The position numbers and the translations under genes were made by a program. DNA of 64,000 nucleotides from an uncultured Alistipes sp. (GTDB lineage: Bacteria > Bacteroidota > Bacteroidia > Bacteroidales > Rikenellaceae), in contig UQDC01000006.1 of assembly GCA_900539755.1 (NCBI GenBank), positions 45,177 through 109,176 of the forward strand, given 5' to 3'. This document shows, one piece after another, positions 42,318 to 52,037 of this stretch; the first letter of the stretch is position 1, and each line of letters begins with the position of its first letter. The notes below the pieces were generated by a model that saw nothing but the letters and a program-made list of their open reading frames with translations, was not told the origin of the DNA and ran no database searches.

Positions 42318-44228
42318 ATGGAATATACGATACTCATCCTGTTATTGCCGTTGTTGAGTTTCCTCTGCCTCGGCCTGCTGGGTACCAAGCTCCGGCCTTT
42401 CGTTTCGGGTTGCATCGGATCGGTCGTCCTGGCCGCTGTAGCAGCTCTCTCTTACACGACTGCCGTGCAGTACTTCTCCGGTGCGCGTGTCGATGGCGTT
42501 TATGAGCCTTGGACAGTACTCAACTTTAAATGGCTCGGTTTTACCGACGCCCTCCATATCGATCTGGGCATCTTGCTCGATCCGATTTCGGTGATGATGC
42601 TGGTGGTCATCTCCACCGTGTCATTGATGGTGCATGTTTATAGCCTCGGCTACATGAAAGGTGAAGTGGGATTCCAACGCTACTATGCGTTCCTTTCCCT
42701 GTTTACCTTCTCTATGCTCGGCCTGGTGGTCGCTACCAATATCTTCCAGATGTATATCTTCTGGGAGCTGGTCGGCGTATCTTCATACCTGCTGATCGGT
42801 TTCTACTACACGAAACCCGAAGCTATTGCCGCCTCTAAAAAGGCATTTATCGTAACCCGTTTTGCCGATATGTTCTTCCTGATCGGTATCCTGTTGCTCT
42901 CGTACTTCACCCAAACATTCAACTTCGAGGCTATCACAACCAGCGCTGCCGGTAACGGAAGCATCTTCGCTGGGGCCGCTGGTAAAACCTTTATGGGATG
43001 TTCGGTAATGGCTTGGGCAATGGCACTGATCTTTATCGGTGGTGCCGGTAAATCGGCCATGTTCCCGTTGCACATCTGGCTGCCCGACGCTATGGAGGGC
43101 CCGACCCCTGTTTCTGCATTGATCCATGCCGCTACAATGGTCGTTGCCGGTGTATATCTGGTGGCACGCCTCTTCCCGGTTTACTACTTCCAAACTCCCG
43201 AAGTACTCGTCGGTATCGCTGTCGTAGGTGCATTCACCTCACTGTTCGCTGCAGTGATCGCCTGCGTCCAGACCGATATTAAACGTGTGCTCGCCTTCTC
43301 AACCATCTCGCAGATCGGTTTCATGATGGTGGCTCTGGGCGTTTCAGGTTACGGCGGACACCACGGCCTCGGTTATATGGCCAGCATGTTCCACCTCTTT
43401 ACTCACGCTATGTTCAAGGCGTTGCTCTTCCTGGGGGCCGGTGCAATTATCCACGCCGTCCACAGCAACGAAATGAGCCATATGGGCGGACTCCGCAAAC
43501 AAATGCCGATTACACACATCACCTTCCTGATCGCCTGCCTCGCTATCGCAGGTATCCCTCCTTTCTCGGGATTCTTCAGTAAGGATGAGATCCTCACCGC
43601 AGCTTTTGAATTCAGCCCGGTGATGGGTTGGGTCATGACATTCATCGCTGCGTTGACCGCATTCTATATGTTCCGCCTCTACTTCCGTATCTTCTGGGGT
43701 AATCCTGCAGAACATGAACACGAACCGCATGAGGCTCCCGCTTCCATGACAACCCCGCTGATTATCCTGGCGGCTATTACCTGTGTTGCCGGTTTTATCC
43801 CATTCGGTAAGTTCGTCAGCAGTGATAACGCTGAGTACATTATCCACCTCGATACAACGGTGGCTATCACCAGCGTCGTGATCGCCTGCATCTCGATCGG
43901 AATCGCTACCTGGTTCTATCGCCGCCAGAACCCGATCCCCGGTAAACTCGAATCTTCTATGAAAGGTTTGCATACCGCTGCTTACCACCGTTTCTATATC
44001 GACGAAGTTTACCAGTTCATCACCCACAAGATCATCTTCGGTGGTATCTGTTCAGGTATCGCCTGGTTCGATCGCCACGTGGTCGATGGCTCTCTCAACG
44101 GCCTGGCTGCCGTAACACAACGCCTCTCGCTGGCAATCCGTGGACTGCAGTCTGGGCAACTCCAATGGTATGCTTATGTATTCTTGATCGGTACGCTGGT
44201 ACTGACGCTCCTGATCGTGTTTTGTTAA
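42318..44228 (+). CDS. nuoL: NADH-quinone oxidoreductase subunit L
   Basis: 636-aa antiporter-like subunit with a long C-terminal amphipathic helix region. Confidence 0.9.
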   Translation: MEYTILILLLPLLSFLCLGLLGTKLRPFVSGCIGSVVLAAVAALSYTTAVQYFSGARVDGVYEPWTVLNFKWLGFTDALHIDLGILLDPISVMMLVVISTVSLMVHVYSLGYMKGEVGFQRYYAFLSLFTFSMLGLVVATNIFQMYIFWELVGVSSYLLIGFYYTKPEAIAASKKAFIVTRFADMFFLIGILLLSYFTQTFNFEAITTSAAGNGSIFAGAAGKTFMGCSVMAWAMALIFIGGAGKSAMFPLHIWLPDAMEGPTPVSALIHAATMVVAGVYLVARLFPVYYFQTPEVLVGIAVVGAFTSLFAAVIACVQTDIKRVLAFSTISQIGFMMVALGVSGYGGHHGLGYMASMFHLFTHAMFKALLFLGAGAIIHAVHSNEMSHMGGLRKQMPITHITFLIACLAIAGIPPFSGFFSKDEILTAAFEFSPVMGWVMTFIAALTAFYMFRLYFRIFWGNPAEHEHEPHEAPASMTTPLIILAAITCVAGFIPFGKFVSSDNAEYIIHLDTTVAITSVVIACISIGIATWFYRRQNPIPGKLESSMKGLHTAAYHRFYIDEVYQFITHKIIFGGICSGIAWFDRHVVDGSLNGLAAVTQRLSLAIRGLQSGQLQWYAYVFLIGTLVLTLLIVFC

Positions 44229-44250
44229 CGAATAAAATTTAAGACTGGAT

Positions 44251-45744
44251 ATGAACTTCTTATCGTTATTTGTGCTGATACCCATCCTGATGCTGGGCGG
44301 TCTGTTCCTGTCCCGCAACATGAAGCAGATCCGGTGGGTAGCTGCTACAGGAGCCTCGCTGCTGTTGGTGCTGTCAGTGGTGCTGACGTTCCTCTTCCTG
44401 GGTGAACGTGCCGCCGGAAACGATGCCGAGATGCTCTTTACTGCTGAAATGCCATGGTTCAAACCTCTGAATATCAACTATTCAGTCGGCGTGGACGGAA
44501 TCTCAGTGGCCATGTTGCTCCTCTCGTCGGTAATCGTATTTACCGGTGTCTTCGCATCCTGGAAAATCAACCCTCTGCCTAAAGAGTTTTTCCTTTGGTT
44601 CTTCCTGCTCTCAACCGGTGTGTACGGTTTCTTTATCTCTATCGACCTCTTCACCATGTTCCTCTTCTATGAGGTGGCCCTGATCCCCATGTACCTGCTG
44701 ATCGGTGTCTGGGGTACCGGTCGAAAAGAGTATTCAGCTATGAAACTGACCCTGATGTTGATGGGTGGTTCTGCTCTCCTGTTGCTCAGTATTCTGGGTA
44801 TTTACTTCTTCTCAGGAGCCGAGAGCGGTACCTATACAATGAATATCCTCGAACTCGCTAAAACCCGTATGCCGGTTGCGATCCAACACTACTTCTTCCC
44901 GTTGACCTTTATCGGTTTCGGTGTGCTGGGCGCTCTCTTCCCGTTCCATACCTGGTCTCCCGACGGTCACGCCTCTGCGCCTACAGCTGTCTCAATGTTG
45001 CACGCCGGCGTGTTGATGAAACTGGGTGGATACGGTTGCTTCCGCGTGGCGATCTTCCTGATGCCCGAGGCCGCTAACGAGTTGGCTTGGATCTTCCTCA
45101 TCCTGACCGGTATCAGCGTCGTTTACGGTGCTTTCTCTGCATGCGTGCAGACAGACCTCAAATATATCAACGCTTACTCTTCGGTAAGCCACTGCGGTCT
45201 GGTGCTCTTCGCAATCCTGATGCTCAATCAGACTGCAATGACCGGTGCTATCCTCCAGATGCTCTCTCACGGTCTGATGACGGCACTCTTCTTCGCCCTG
45301 ATCGGTATGATCTACGGTCGTACGCATACACGTGATATCCGTGAAATGGGCGGCCTGATGAAAATCATGCCTTTCCTCGGTGTGGGCTACGTGATCGCCG
45401 GTCTCGCTTCGCTGGGTCTCCCTGGTTTGAGCGGATTTATGGCCGAAATGACCGTTTTCGTCGGTTCGTTCGAACATCAGGATACCTTCCATCGTGTCTT
45501 GACCATTGCAGCTTGTACCTCAATCGTAATCACCGCTGTATATATCCTCCGTGTGGTCGGTAAACTCCTCTACGGTAAAGTGGTCGATCCGCACCACATG
45601 CAACTGACCGACGCCGTTTGGTATGAACGATTCTCGGTGATTACGCTGATCGTGGCTATCGCCGGTTTGGGTATGGCCCCGCTGTGGATGTCGAACCTGA
45701 TTCAGAGTGGTCTTGTACCCGTTATTGAACAATTAACCCGATAA
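44251..45744 (+). CDS. nuoM: NADH-quinone oxidoreductase subunit M
   Basis: 497-aa antiporter-like subunit. Confidence 0.9.
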   Translation: MNFLSLFVLIPILMLGGLFLSRNMKQIRWVAATGASLLLVLSVVLTFLFLGERAAGNDAEMLFTAEMPWFKPLNINYSVGVDGISVAMLLLSSVIVFTGVFASWKINPLPKEFFLWFFLLSTGVYGFFISIDLFTMFLFYEVALIPMYLLIGVWGTGRKEYSAMKLTLMLMGGSALLLLSILGIYFFSGAESGTYTMNILELAKTRMPVAIQHYFFPLTFIGFGVLGALFPFHTWSPDGHASAPTAVSMLHAGVLMKLGGYGCFRVAIFLMPEAANELAWIFLILTGISVVYGAFSACVQTDLKYINAYSSVSHCGLVLFAILMLNQTAMTGAILQMLSHGLMTALFFALIGMIYGRTHTRDIREMGGLMKIMPFLGVGYVIAGLASLGLPGLSGFMAEMTVFVGSFEHQDTFHRVLTIAACTSIVITAVYILRVVGKLLYGKVVDPHHMQLTDAVWYERFSVITLIVAIAGLGMAPLWMSNLIQSGLVPVIEQLTR

Positions 45745-45750
45745 TGTCCT

Positions 45751-47169
45751 ATGGATTACAGTAGTTTTTTGGAGATGAAAGCGGAACTGTCACTCGTCGC
45801 TGTGATAGTGATCCTGTTGATATATGATCTGTTCGCCGGGAAAAATGGCATGCGTTGGTTCCAACCTGTGGCTTGTATCCTGGTGGCAGCTCAAGTACTC
45901 TTCAACATTGTTCCTACGGGAAATGTCGAGATCCTCGGCGGTATGTACCAGTCAACCCCGATGGCCAGTGTCCTCAAAACCATCTTGACTATCGGTACGC
46001 TCATCGTATTCCTGCAATCCCGCAGCTGGCTCGAAAGAGATGCCGTAATTCGTCGTGGTGAGTTCTACTTCCTGACCCTGTCAACCCTCCTGGGTATGTA
46101 CTTCATGATCTCGGCCGGTAACTTCCTGCTCTTCTATCTGGGTCTCGAAACTGCCTCGATCCCGATGGCTACCCTGGTCGCCTTCGATAAGTATAAAAGC
46201 AAATCGGCTGAAGCCGGTGCAAAATATATCTTGAATGCTACCTTCGCTTCGGGTCTGTCACTCTACGGACTCTCGCTGTTGTACGGTACTACCGGTACCC
46301 TCTACTTCAACGATATCCCAATGATGCTCGACGGTAGCCCACTGCAGATCATGGCCATGATCTTCTTCCTCGTGGGTCTCTTCTTCAAGATCTCGTTGGT
46401 GCCGTTCCACCTGTGGACTCCCGACGTTTACGAAGGTGCTCCGACCTCTGTGACTGCCTATCTGTCGGTCATCTCGAAAGGTGCAGGTGCTTTTGTCCTG
46501 CTCTTTATCCTGATCAAGGTCTTCGCCCCCTTCGTGCAGCAGTGGCAGGCGGTTCTCTATGGTTTGATCATCCTGACCATTACCGTAGCTAACCTCTTTG
46601 CAATCCGCCAAAAGAACCTCAAACGTTTCCTCGCCTATTCTTCTGTTTCGCAGGCCGGCTACATCATGCTCGGTGTGATTGGCGGTAACGCTTTGGGTAT
46701 GGCCGCTCTGGTATATTACATCCTGGTTTACCTCGCTTCGAACCTCGCTGCATTCGGCGTAATCGCTGCAATCGAACACAAAACCGGTAAGGTGAATATG
46801 GATGACTACAACGGACTCTACCAAACCAACCCGAAACTGAGCTTCGTCATGATGATCGCTCTCTTCTCGCTGGCCGGTATCCCTCCGTTTGCAGGTTTCT
46901 TCAGCAAATTCTTCATCTTCGTATCTGCAGCACAGATGGGTTTCTATGTGCTCGTCTTCATCGCCCTGCTCAATACGATTATCTCACTTTACTACTACCT
47001 GTTGGTGGTTAAGGCTATGTTCATCAACAAAAACGAGGCTCCTATCGAGAAATTCCGTTCAGACAACTATATGCGTATCAGCTTGTTCGTCTGCAGCGTA
47101 GCCATTATCTTACTCGGTATCCTGAGCGTCGTTTACGATAGCCTGGTTCCGATCAGCTTCGGTATGTAA
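45751..47169 (+). CDS. nuoN: NADH-quinone oxidoreductase subunit N
   Basis: 472-aa antiporter-like subunit and the last gene of the operon. Confidence 0.9.
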   Translation: MDYSSFLEMKAELSLVAVIVILLIYDLFAGKNGMRWFQPVACILVAAQVLFNIVPTGNVEILGGMYQSTPMASVLKTILTIGTLIVFLQSRSWLERDAVIRRGEFYFLTLSTLLGMYFMISAGNFLLFYLGLETASIPMATLVAFDKYKSKSAEAGAKYILNATFASGLSLYGLSLLYGTTGTLYFNDIPMMLDGSPLQIMAMIFFLVGLFFKISLVPFHLWTPDVYEGAPTSVTAYLSVISKGAGAFVLLFILIKVFAPFVQQWQAVLYGLIILTITVANLFAIRQKNLKRFLAYSSVSQAGYIMLGVIGGNALGMAALVYYILVYLASNLAAFGVIAAIEHKTGKVNMDDYNGLYQTNPKLSFVMMIALFSLAGIPPFAGFFSKFFIFVSAAQMGFYVLVFIALLNTIISLYYYLLVVKAMFINKNEAPIEKFRSDNYMRISLFVCSVAIILLGILSVVYDSLVPISFGM

Positions 47170-47224
47170 TTCATGATACACTGAGACAATCTGTATCCCA
47201 ACGATTGATCTAAATCATACGAAC

Positions 47225-47258
47225 AAAAGCCCCGAAAATTTCGGGGCTTTTGTTTTTA
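47225..47258 (+). terminator. rho-independent terminator of the nuo operon
   Basis: Sequence aaaagccccgaaaattttcggggcttttgttttt. Confidence 0.85.
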
Positions 47259-47387
47259 GTATTAGTTGCAGATCGCTCGGATGATGGCGGCGACCCTGTC
47301 GGCAATAGATGTCAATAGTTGTCAATTCATGCCGCCCTTTCCGGTAGGTGGTAGTGTGGCTATTGATGCTGTGCAACTATCAATGTG

Positions 47388-47478
47388 ATGCGGCTACGGA
47401 TGTCGTGTGGCTGTGGATGTCGTGTGGCTGTGGATGTCGTGTGGCTGTGGATGACATGTGGCTGTGGATGCCATGCGG
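47388..47478. repeat. 17-nt tandem minisatellite (GTGGCTGTGGATGTCGT)x~6 abutting the tpx stop codon
   Basis: Three perfect copies and three degenerate copies. The array ends 1 nt before the tpx stop. Confidence 0.9.
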
Positions 47479-47988
47479 CTATTCCAATGCGCTGACCACT
47501 TTCAGGGCCGCTTCGTAATCGGGTTCGTGTGAAACCTCTGAGACATATTCAATGTGGCGAATGGTGCCCTCCCGATCAATCACAACAACTCCACGGGCCA
47601 ACAGTCGCAACTCCTTGATCACAAATCCGTATTTTAATCCGAAATCAAGATCCCGGTAGTCCGAATATACATGCACATTCTCAATGTGCTCGGCTGCGCA
47701 AAAACGACTCTGTGCAAACGGTAAATCAACCGACAGGGAAAGAATCTCCACATCGCTTTTCAAACGGCTGGCCTCTTTGTTGAACCGGATATTCTGCAGA
47801 GCGCATACCGGTGTGTCAACCGATGGAAATACACTGATGATGATATTCTTGCCTGCGTACTGTGAAAGGGATACGGGCTGTAAATTGTTGTCCAGAACAC
47901 TGAACGATGGTGCTTTGTCTCCTACATGAAGCGGATCCCCTACCAAAGTGATCGGGTTGCCCAAAAATGTAATCTGTGTTTTGTCCAT
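47479..47988 (-). CDS. tpx: thiol peroxidase (atypical 2-Cys peroxiredoxin)
   Basis: SVDTPVC peroxidatic Cys motif, 169 aa. Confidence 0.92.
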   Translation of the reverse strand: MDKTQITFLGNPITLVGDPLHVGDKAPSFSVLDNNLQPVSLSQYAGKNIIISVFPSVDTPVCALQNIRFNKEASRLKSDVEILSLSVDLPFAQSRFCAAEHIENVHVYSDYRDLDFGLKYGFVIKELRLLARGVVVIDREGTIRHIEYVSEVSHEPDYEAALKVVSALE

Positions 47989-48219
47989 AACAATGAAATT
48001 TAGTACGTCCTAAAGTTAAACAATTTTGATACCATATCCGACCTTCAGAAATAAACCGGAGCAGTTACCTCCCGTTAACCTGTTTTTTCCTTTCCTAATG
48101 TGGACGAATTGGGCTATCTTCGCATCAACTTGTCATTGAAGATCCCCCGGTGCGTGCCCCCGTGGCAGAACCGTTGAAAGGGACGTCTAATGTAAATTCA
48201 AGTTGTAAGTCAGATCGAC

Positions 48220-48699
48220 ATGGGAACAAAAATCAATAAAACCAACGCTGCTCGTCTGTTGGATCGAGCCGGAATCGGATATGAACTGGTCCCGTATCAG
48301 GTGGATGAAGAACATTTGGCCGCTACACATGTGGCAGAACAACTCGGCGAAAATATCGCACAGGTATTCAAAACATTGGTGCTCCGAGGAGATCGAAACG
48401 GTATCCTGGTGTGTGTGATCCCGGGCGACGGTGAGGTAAACCTCAAACTGGCGGCAAAAGCCTCCGGTAACAAAAGTGTCGAAATGCTCCATATGAAAGA
48501 GCTGTTGCCAACAACCGGATATATCCGGGGCGGCTGCTCGCCGATCGGAATGAAAAAGACCTTCCCGACCTATATTCACTCGTCGTGTCTCGATTTTGAC
48601 TATATTTATATCAGCGCCGGTATGCGGGGCCTCCAATTAAAAATCGCTCCGAAAGATCTGGTGCGCTTTACACGGGCAGAGGTGACAGACCTGCTGTAA
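48220..48699 (+). CDS. ybaK: Cys-tRNA(Pro)/Cys-tRNA(Cys) deacylase YbaK
   Basis: 159 aa with a YbaK/ProX-type deacylase domain. Confidence 0.8.
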   Translation: MGTKINKTNAARLLDRAGIGYELVPYQVDEEHLAATHVAEQLGENIAQVFKTLVLRGDRNGILVCVIPGDGEVNLKLAAKASGNKSVEMLHMKELLPTTGYIRGGCSPIGMKKTFPTYIHSSCLDFDYIYISAGMRGLQLKIAPKDLVRFTRAEVTDLL

Positions 48700-48752
48700 C
48701 CTCTCAAATAGGCCCGAATCTCAATCGAAGTATCAGGAAGACTCCGAATCGT

Positions 48753-49844
48753 ATGAGCATATCCCTCCCCAATCCAATCAGAGATGTAAAACCATCCGAA
48801 ATCAGCCGGATATTGATCCAGTGGTATGAGATCAACCGTCGTGAATTGCCGTGGAGAGAGACCTCCGATCCATACAAAATCTGGATCTCTGAGGTGATTT
48901 TGCAACAGACCCGTGTAGCTCAGGGTTTGGAATATTATAACCGCTTTGTGGAGCGGTTCCCCGATGTGAGCTCTTTGGCCGAAGCCGGTGAAGACGAGTT
49001 GATGAAAATGTGGCAGGGATTGGGCTATTACAGCCGGGCCCGAAATCTGCATACGGCCGCTTGTGAAATTGTGGAACGGTACGCCGGTGTTTTTCCGACC
49101 GATTATCACGATGTGCGCTCACTGAAAGGTATCGGCGATTATACAGCCGCCGCAATCTGCTCTTTTGCATACAATCAACCCTACGCAACGGTCGATGGCA
49201 ATGTTTATCGGGTTTTGGCCCGCCTGTTCGGCATAGATCTGCCCATTGATACTCCGGCCGCTAAACGCCGCTTTGCTGAGTTGGCAACCGATTTGCTGGA
49301 CCGCCAGCAGGCCGCACTCCATAATCAGGCAATGATGGAATTTGGGGCGTTGCAGTGTGTACCCCGTTCTCCGGAATGTACGAACTGTCCGCTGGCCCAA
49401 CAATGTGTCGCCTTGCGGCAGGAAAGTGTGGAAAAGTTGCCGGTAAAAGCCGGACGTACCGCTGTCAAACCACGCTATTTTAATTATCTGTATTTGCATT
49501 GCGGCGAGCAGACGGTCCTGGTCAGACGTACGGGACAAGATATTTGGAAAAACCTGTATGAGTTTCCGTTGATTGAAACAGAGCAACCGCTTGATTTCGA
49601 ACAGCTGCGGAAAGATCCCCGTTTCCCTGTTTGGGTCGGAGATCAGGAATACACCGTGGTGCACAGTGTGTCGATGCCGAAACATCAACTGTCACATCGA
49701 ACGATTTATGCCAATTTTTATGAAATAGGCCTGAAACAGTGGCCCGAATCGCTGCCGCCCGAGGCGTTGATGATGACCCGAGAGGAGATAACCCGCTATC
49801 CGGTTTCGAGATTGACGGAGCTCTATCTGCAACAAAATATGTAA
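48753..49844 (+). CDS. mutY: A/G-specific adenine DNA glycosylase
   Basis: HhH-GPD motif, a [4Fe-4S] Cys cluster (CxxxxxxCxxCxxxxxC) and a C-terminal NUDIX-like domain. Confidence 0.9.
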   Translation: MSISLPNPIRDVKPSEISRILIQWYEINRRELPWRETSDPYKIWISEVILQQTRVAQGLEYYNRFVERFPDVSSLAEAGEDELMKMWQGLGYYSRARNLHTAACEIVERYAGVFPTDYHDVRSLKGIGDYTAAAICSFAYNQPYATVDGNVYRVLARLFGIDLPIDTPAAKRRFAELATDLLDRQQAALHNQAMMEFGALQCVPRSPECTNCPLAQQCVALRQESVEKLPVKAGRTAVKPRYFNYLYLHCGEQTVLVRRTGQDIWKNLYEFPLIETEQPLDFEQLRKDPRFPVWVGDQEYTVVHSVSMPKHQLSHRTIYANFYEIGLKQWPESLPPEALMMTREEITRYPVSRLTELYLQQNM

Positions 49845-49872
49845 ATTGTAAAGCAATCCTATAAAAATATTC

Positions 49873-50385
49873 ATGATGAACCTTTTGTCAGAGATCGATC
49901 CTAAAGTATTGGATGAAAATGTTTTTAAATTGATCGGAGAACAGTGGATGCTGGTGACGGCCGGCAATGCTGAAAAGTTCAATATGATGACTGCCAGCTG
50001 GGGCGGACTCGGTTTCTTGTGGAATCGGCCTGTCGCCTTCGTCTTTATTCGCCCACAGCGTTATACATTTGATTTTGTCGAACGCAACGAAGGCTTTACC
50101 TTGTCGTTTTTCGGCGAAGAGTATCGCAAAGTGTTACAATTATGCGGAATCAAATCCGGTCGTGAAATCGATAAGGTGGCCGAAACAAAATTGACCCCCT
50201 TTGCAACTCCATCGGGAAATATGGCTTTTGAAGAGGCCTCGCTTGTGCTCGATTGCCGCAAATGCTACACCGATATGATTGAAAAAGGAAACTTTATCGA
50301 TTACGAAACAGTCGCACGGTGGTATCCTCACGAAGATTTCCACAAAATGTATGTGGCTGAAATCATCGGTGCCTGGAGACGCTAA
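49873..50385 (+). CDS. flavin reductase-like (FMN-binding split-barrel) protein
   Basis: 170 aa with a flavin-reductase-like domain (LVTAGNAEKFNMMTASWGG). Confidence 0.7.
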   Translation: MMNLLSEIDPKVLDENVFKLIGEQWMLVTAGNAEKFNMMTASWGGLGFLWNRPVAFVFIRPQRYTFDFVERNEGFTLSFFGEEYRKVLQLCGIKSGREIDKVAETKLTPFATPSGNMAFEEASLVLDCRKCYTDMIEKGNFIDYETVARWYPHEDFHKMYVAEIIGAWRR

Positions 50386-50490
50386 TTGTACTGCAGATAC
50401 TTTTTGTACGGGCTTTTGACAGGGGAGAAAACTTTGCGGTGAGTTTTGCTTGAGGAAAGATGCGTGCAGGGGTAGTGGCGTTTGTCAGAA

Positions 50491-51020
50491 GTGAACTGCC
50501 TCAACAAATGAATCGACCAACAAGGGTAGCATTCCGGCAAAGAGAGTTGTTCCTGTAAAGTGAATCGCTCCAGCTAAGTGAATTGTTTCAACAATATGAG
50601 CCGCTGCAATAAGCGAACTACCCCAATAATGGGGAGTATCCCAGCAAGGGGAGTCGTTTCCATAAAGTGAGCTGCGCCAGTCAAGTGAATTGCCTCAATA
50701 AGGTGAGTCTCGCCAGCCAAGTGTATTGCCTCGACAACGTGAACTGCCGCAATAAGCGAGCCATTTCCAGCAATGGGGCGTTCCTGTAAAGTGAACTTTG
50801 CTAGTCAAGAGGATCGTCTCAACAACGAGAGCCGCCGCAATAAGCGAACTACCCCAATAATGGGGAGTATCCCAGCAAGGGGAGCGTTCCCGTAAAGTGA
50901 TCCTCGCCAGTCAAGAGGATCGTCTCAATAAGGTGAGTCTCGCCAGCCACGTGTATCGCCTCGATAACGGGAGCCGCCGCAACACTGAAACTGTGAACGG
51001 AAACAACCGCACCACAGACC
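50491..51020. repeat. degenerate 18-nt-period tandem array (~29 units) containing a 231-bp internal duplication
   Basis: Units such as gtgaatcgctccagctaa, gtgaattgcctcaataag and gtgagtctcgccagccaa recur. An exact 54-nt block (gccgcYgcaataagcgaactaccccaataatggggagtatcccagcaaggggag) occurs at 50600 and 50831. The minus strand shows hexapeptide periodicity interrupted by stops. Confidence 0.8.
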
Positions 51021-51214
51021 TGTATCCTCAATCTGTTTTGCCGAGTGCGGTATCTGTTGTATTGGTGGATCCTGTGCCCCCAAGTGGAAAACGATAAAGA
51101 ACCGATGCCGCAACGTGAAACGATGGACGACACCTGAGATAATGGAAAAAGTGTGAAAGAACTTTGGCGTGTGTTTTGTGAATTGTATAACCGTTGAATG
51201 AAAACCGAACAACT

Positions 51215-51514
51215 ATGGAAATAGAATATTCACGAGGAGATCGCAAAGGAATTCTCCGGATCGTTGATGAAGGAAAGGCACTTGGATGGATCTCCTACCA
51301 GGAGGTCGGAACCGATCGGTGGCTGATTGACCATACGGTTGTCTTCCCTGAATATGAGGGGCAGGGTGTGGGCCGGAAATTGGTGTTGGCGCTGGCTGAA
51401 GAGGCTCGCAAAAGCAAGCGAAAAGTGATTCCCCAATGCTCTTTTGCCCGATTGGTTTTCGAACGGAATGCAAATTTGCATGATCTGTTGGTCGGAAGTG
51501 TGGAAGGCCGTTAG
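51215..51514 (+). CDS. small GNAT-family N-acetyltransferase
   Basis: About 100 aa with the acetyl-CoA binding motif (QGVGRKLVLALAEEA). Confidence 0.7.
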   Translation: MEIEYSRGDRKGILRIVDEGKALGWISYQEVGTDRWLIDHTVVFPEYEGQGVGRKLVLALAEEARKSKRKVIPQCSFARLVFERNANLHDLLVGSVEGR

Positions 51515-51589
51515 CCGTAGGCAACAGCATAAGTACAAGCAACAGAGAATCAACCATCCGACAAGACAGATGAGAAAGAGCCTTACGGC

Positions 51590-51810
51590 ATGCAAGTAAC
51601 AGGTGCGCATGTAATATGCGTGCGGGTGTGCGGAAATGTGCAAGAGGTGACGTGTGCGAACGTGCAGGTGTTGTGTGCAGGAACGTGCATATAGCGTGTG
51701 TGGGACGTGCTTGTGGCATGTGTGGGCTGTGTATGTGGCAGGTGTGAGGTTGCATACGGTGTGCGTGTGATATGCACATTGTGCGGTATGCATTTGAGTG
51801 GTTAGACACA
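51590..51810. repeat. GT-rich low-complexity block (GTGCG/GTGTG reiterations)
   Basis: About 220 nt dominated by gtgcg, gtgtg, gcatgt and gcaggtg words. It produces spurious His/Thr-rich antisense ORFs. Confidence 0.75.
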
Positions 51811-51876
51811 TCGAACTGCAACTTCATGATGGCTCTGAGACGTTGGATGTAAAACGTAAAACAGGCTACAAAAAAC

Positions 51877-51914
51877 AGAAGGCAACGATCGGAATATTCC
51901 AGTCGTTGCCTTCT
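51877..51914. terminator. bidirectional rho-independent terminator (38-nt near-perfect palindrome)
   Basis: agaaggcaacga...tcgttgccttct with a palindromic loop ggaatattcc and T-runs on both strands. Confidence 0.7.
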
Positions 51915-52037
51915 ACTTTTGCCTCTTTTTGCGGTATGGTCAGGAGCTGTTTTCTGGATCAGGTGTAACCGTTCGGTTGTTTCTTTCAAACGTACGATGT
52001 GTAAGTAGAGGCGATCCGCTGTTCTCCTGCCTGTTGA

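Noticed and set aside
51213-51989. 258-aa and 193-aa minus-strand ORFs rich in His/Thr/Cys
   Set aside because: They are produced by the GTG/GTGCG low-complexity block and overlap the real GNAT gene on the opposite strand. They are compositional artefacts.
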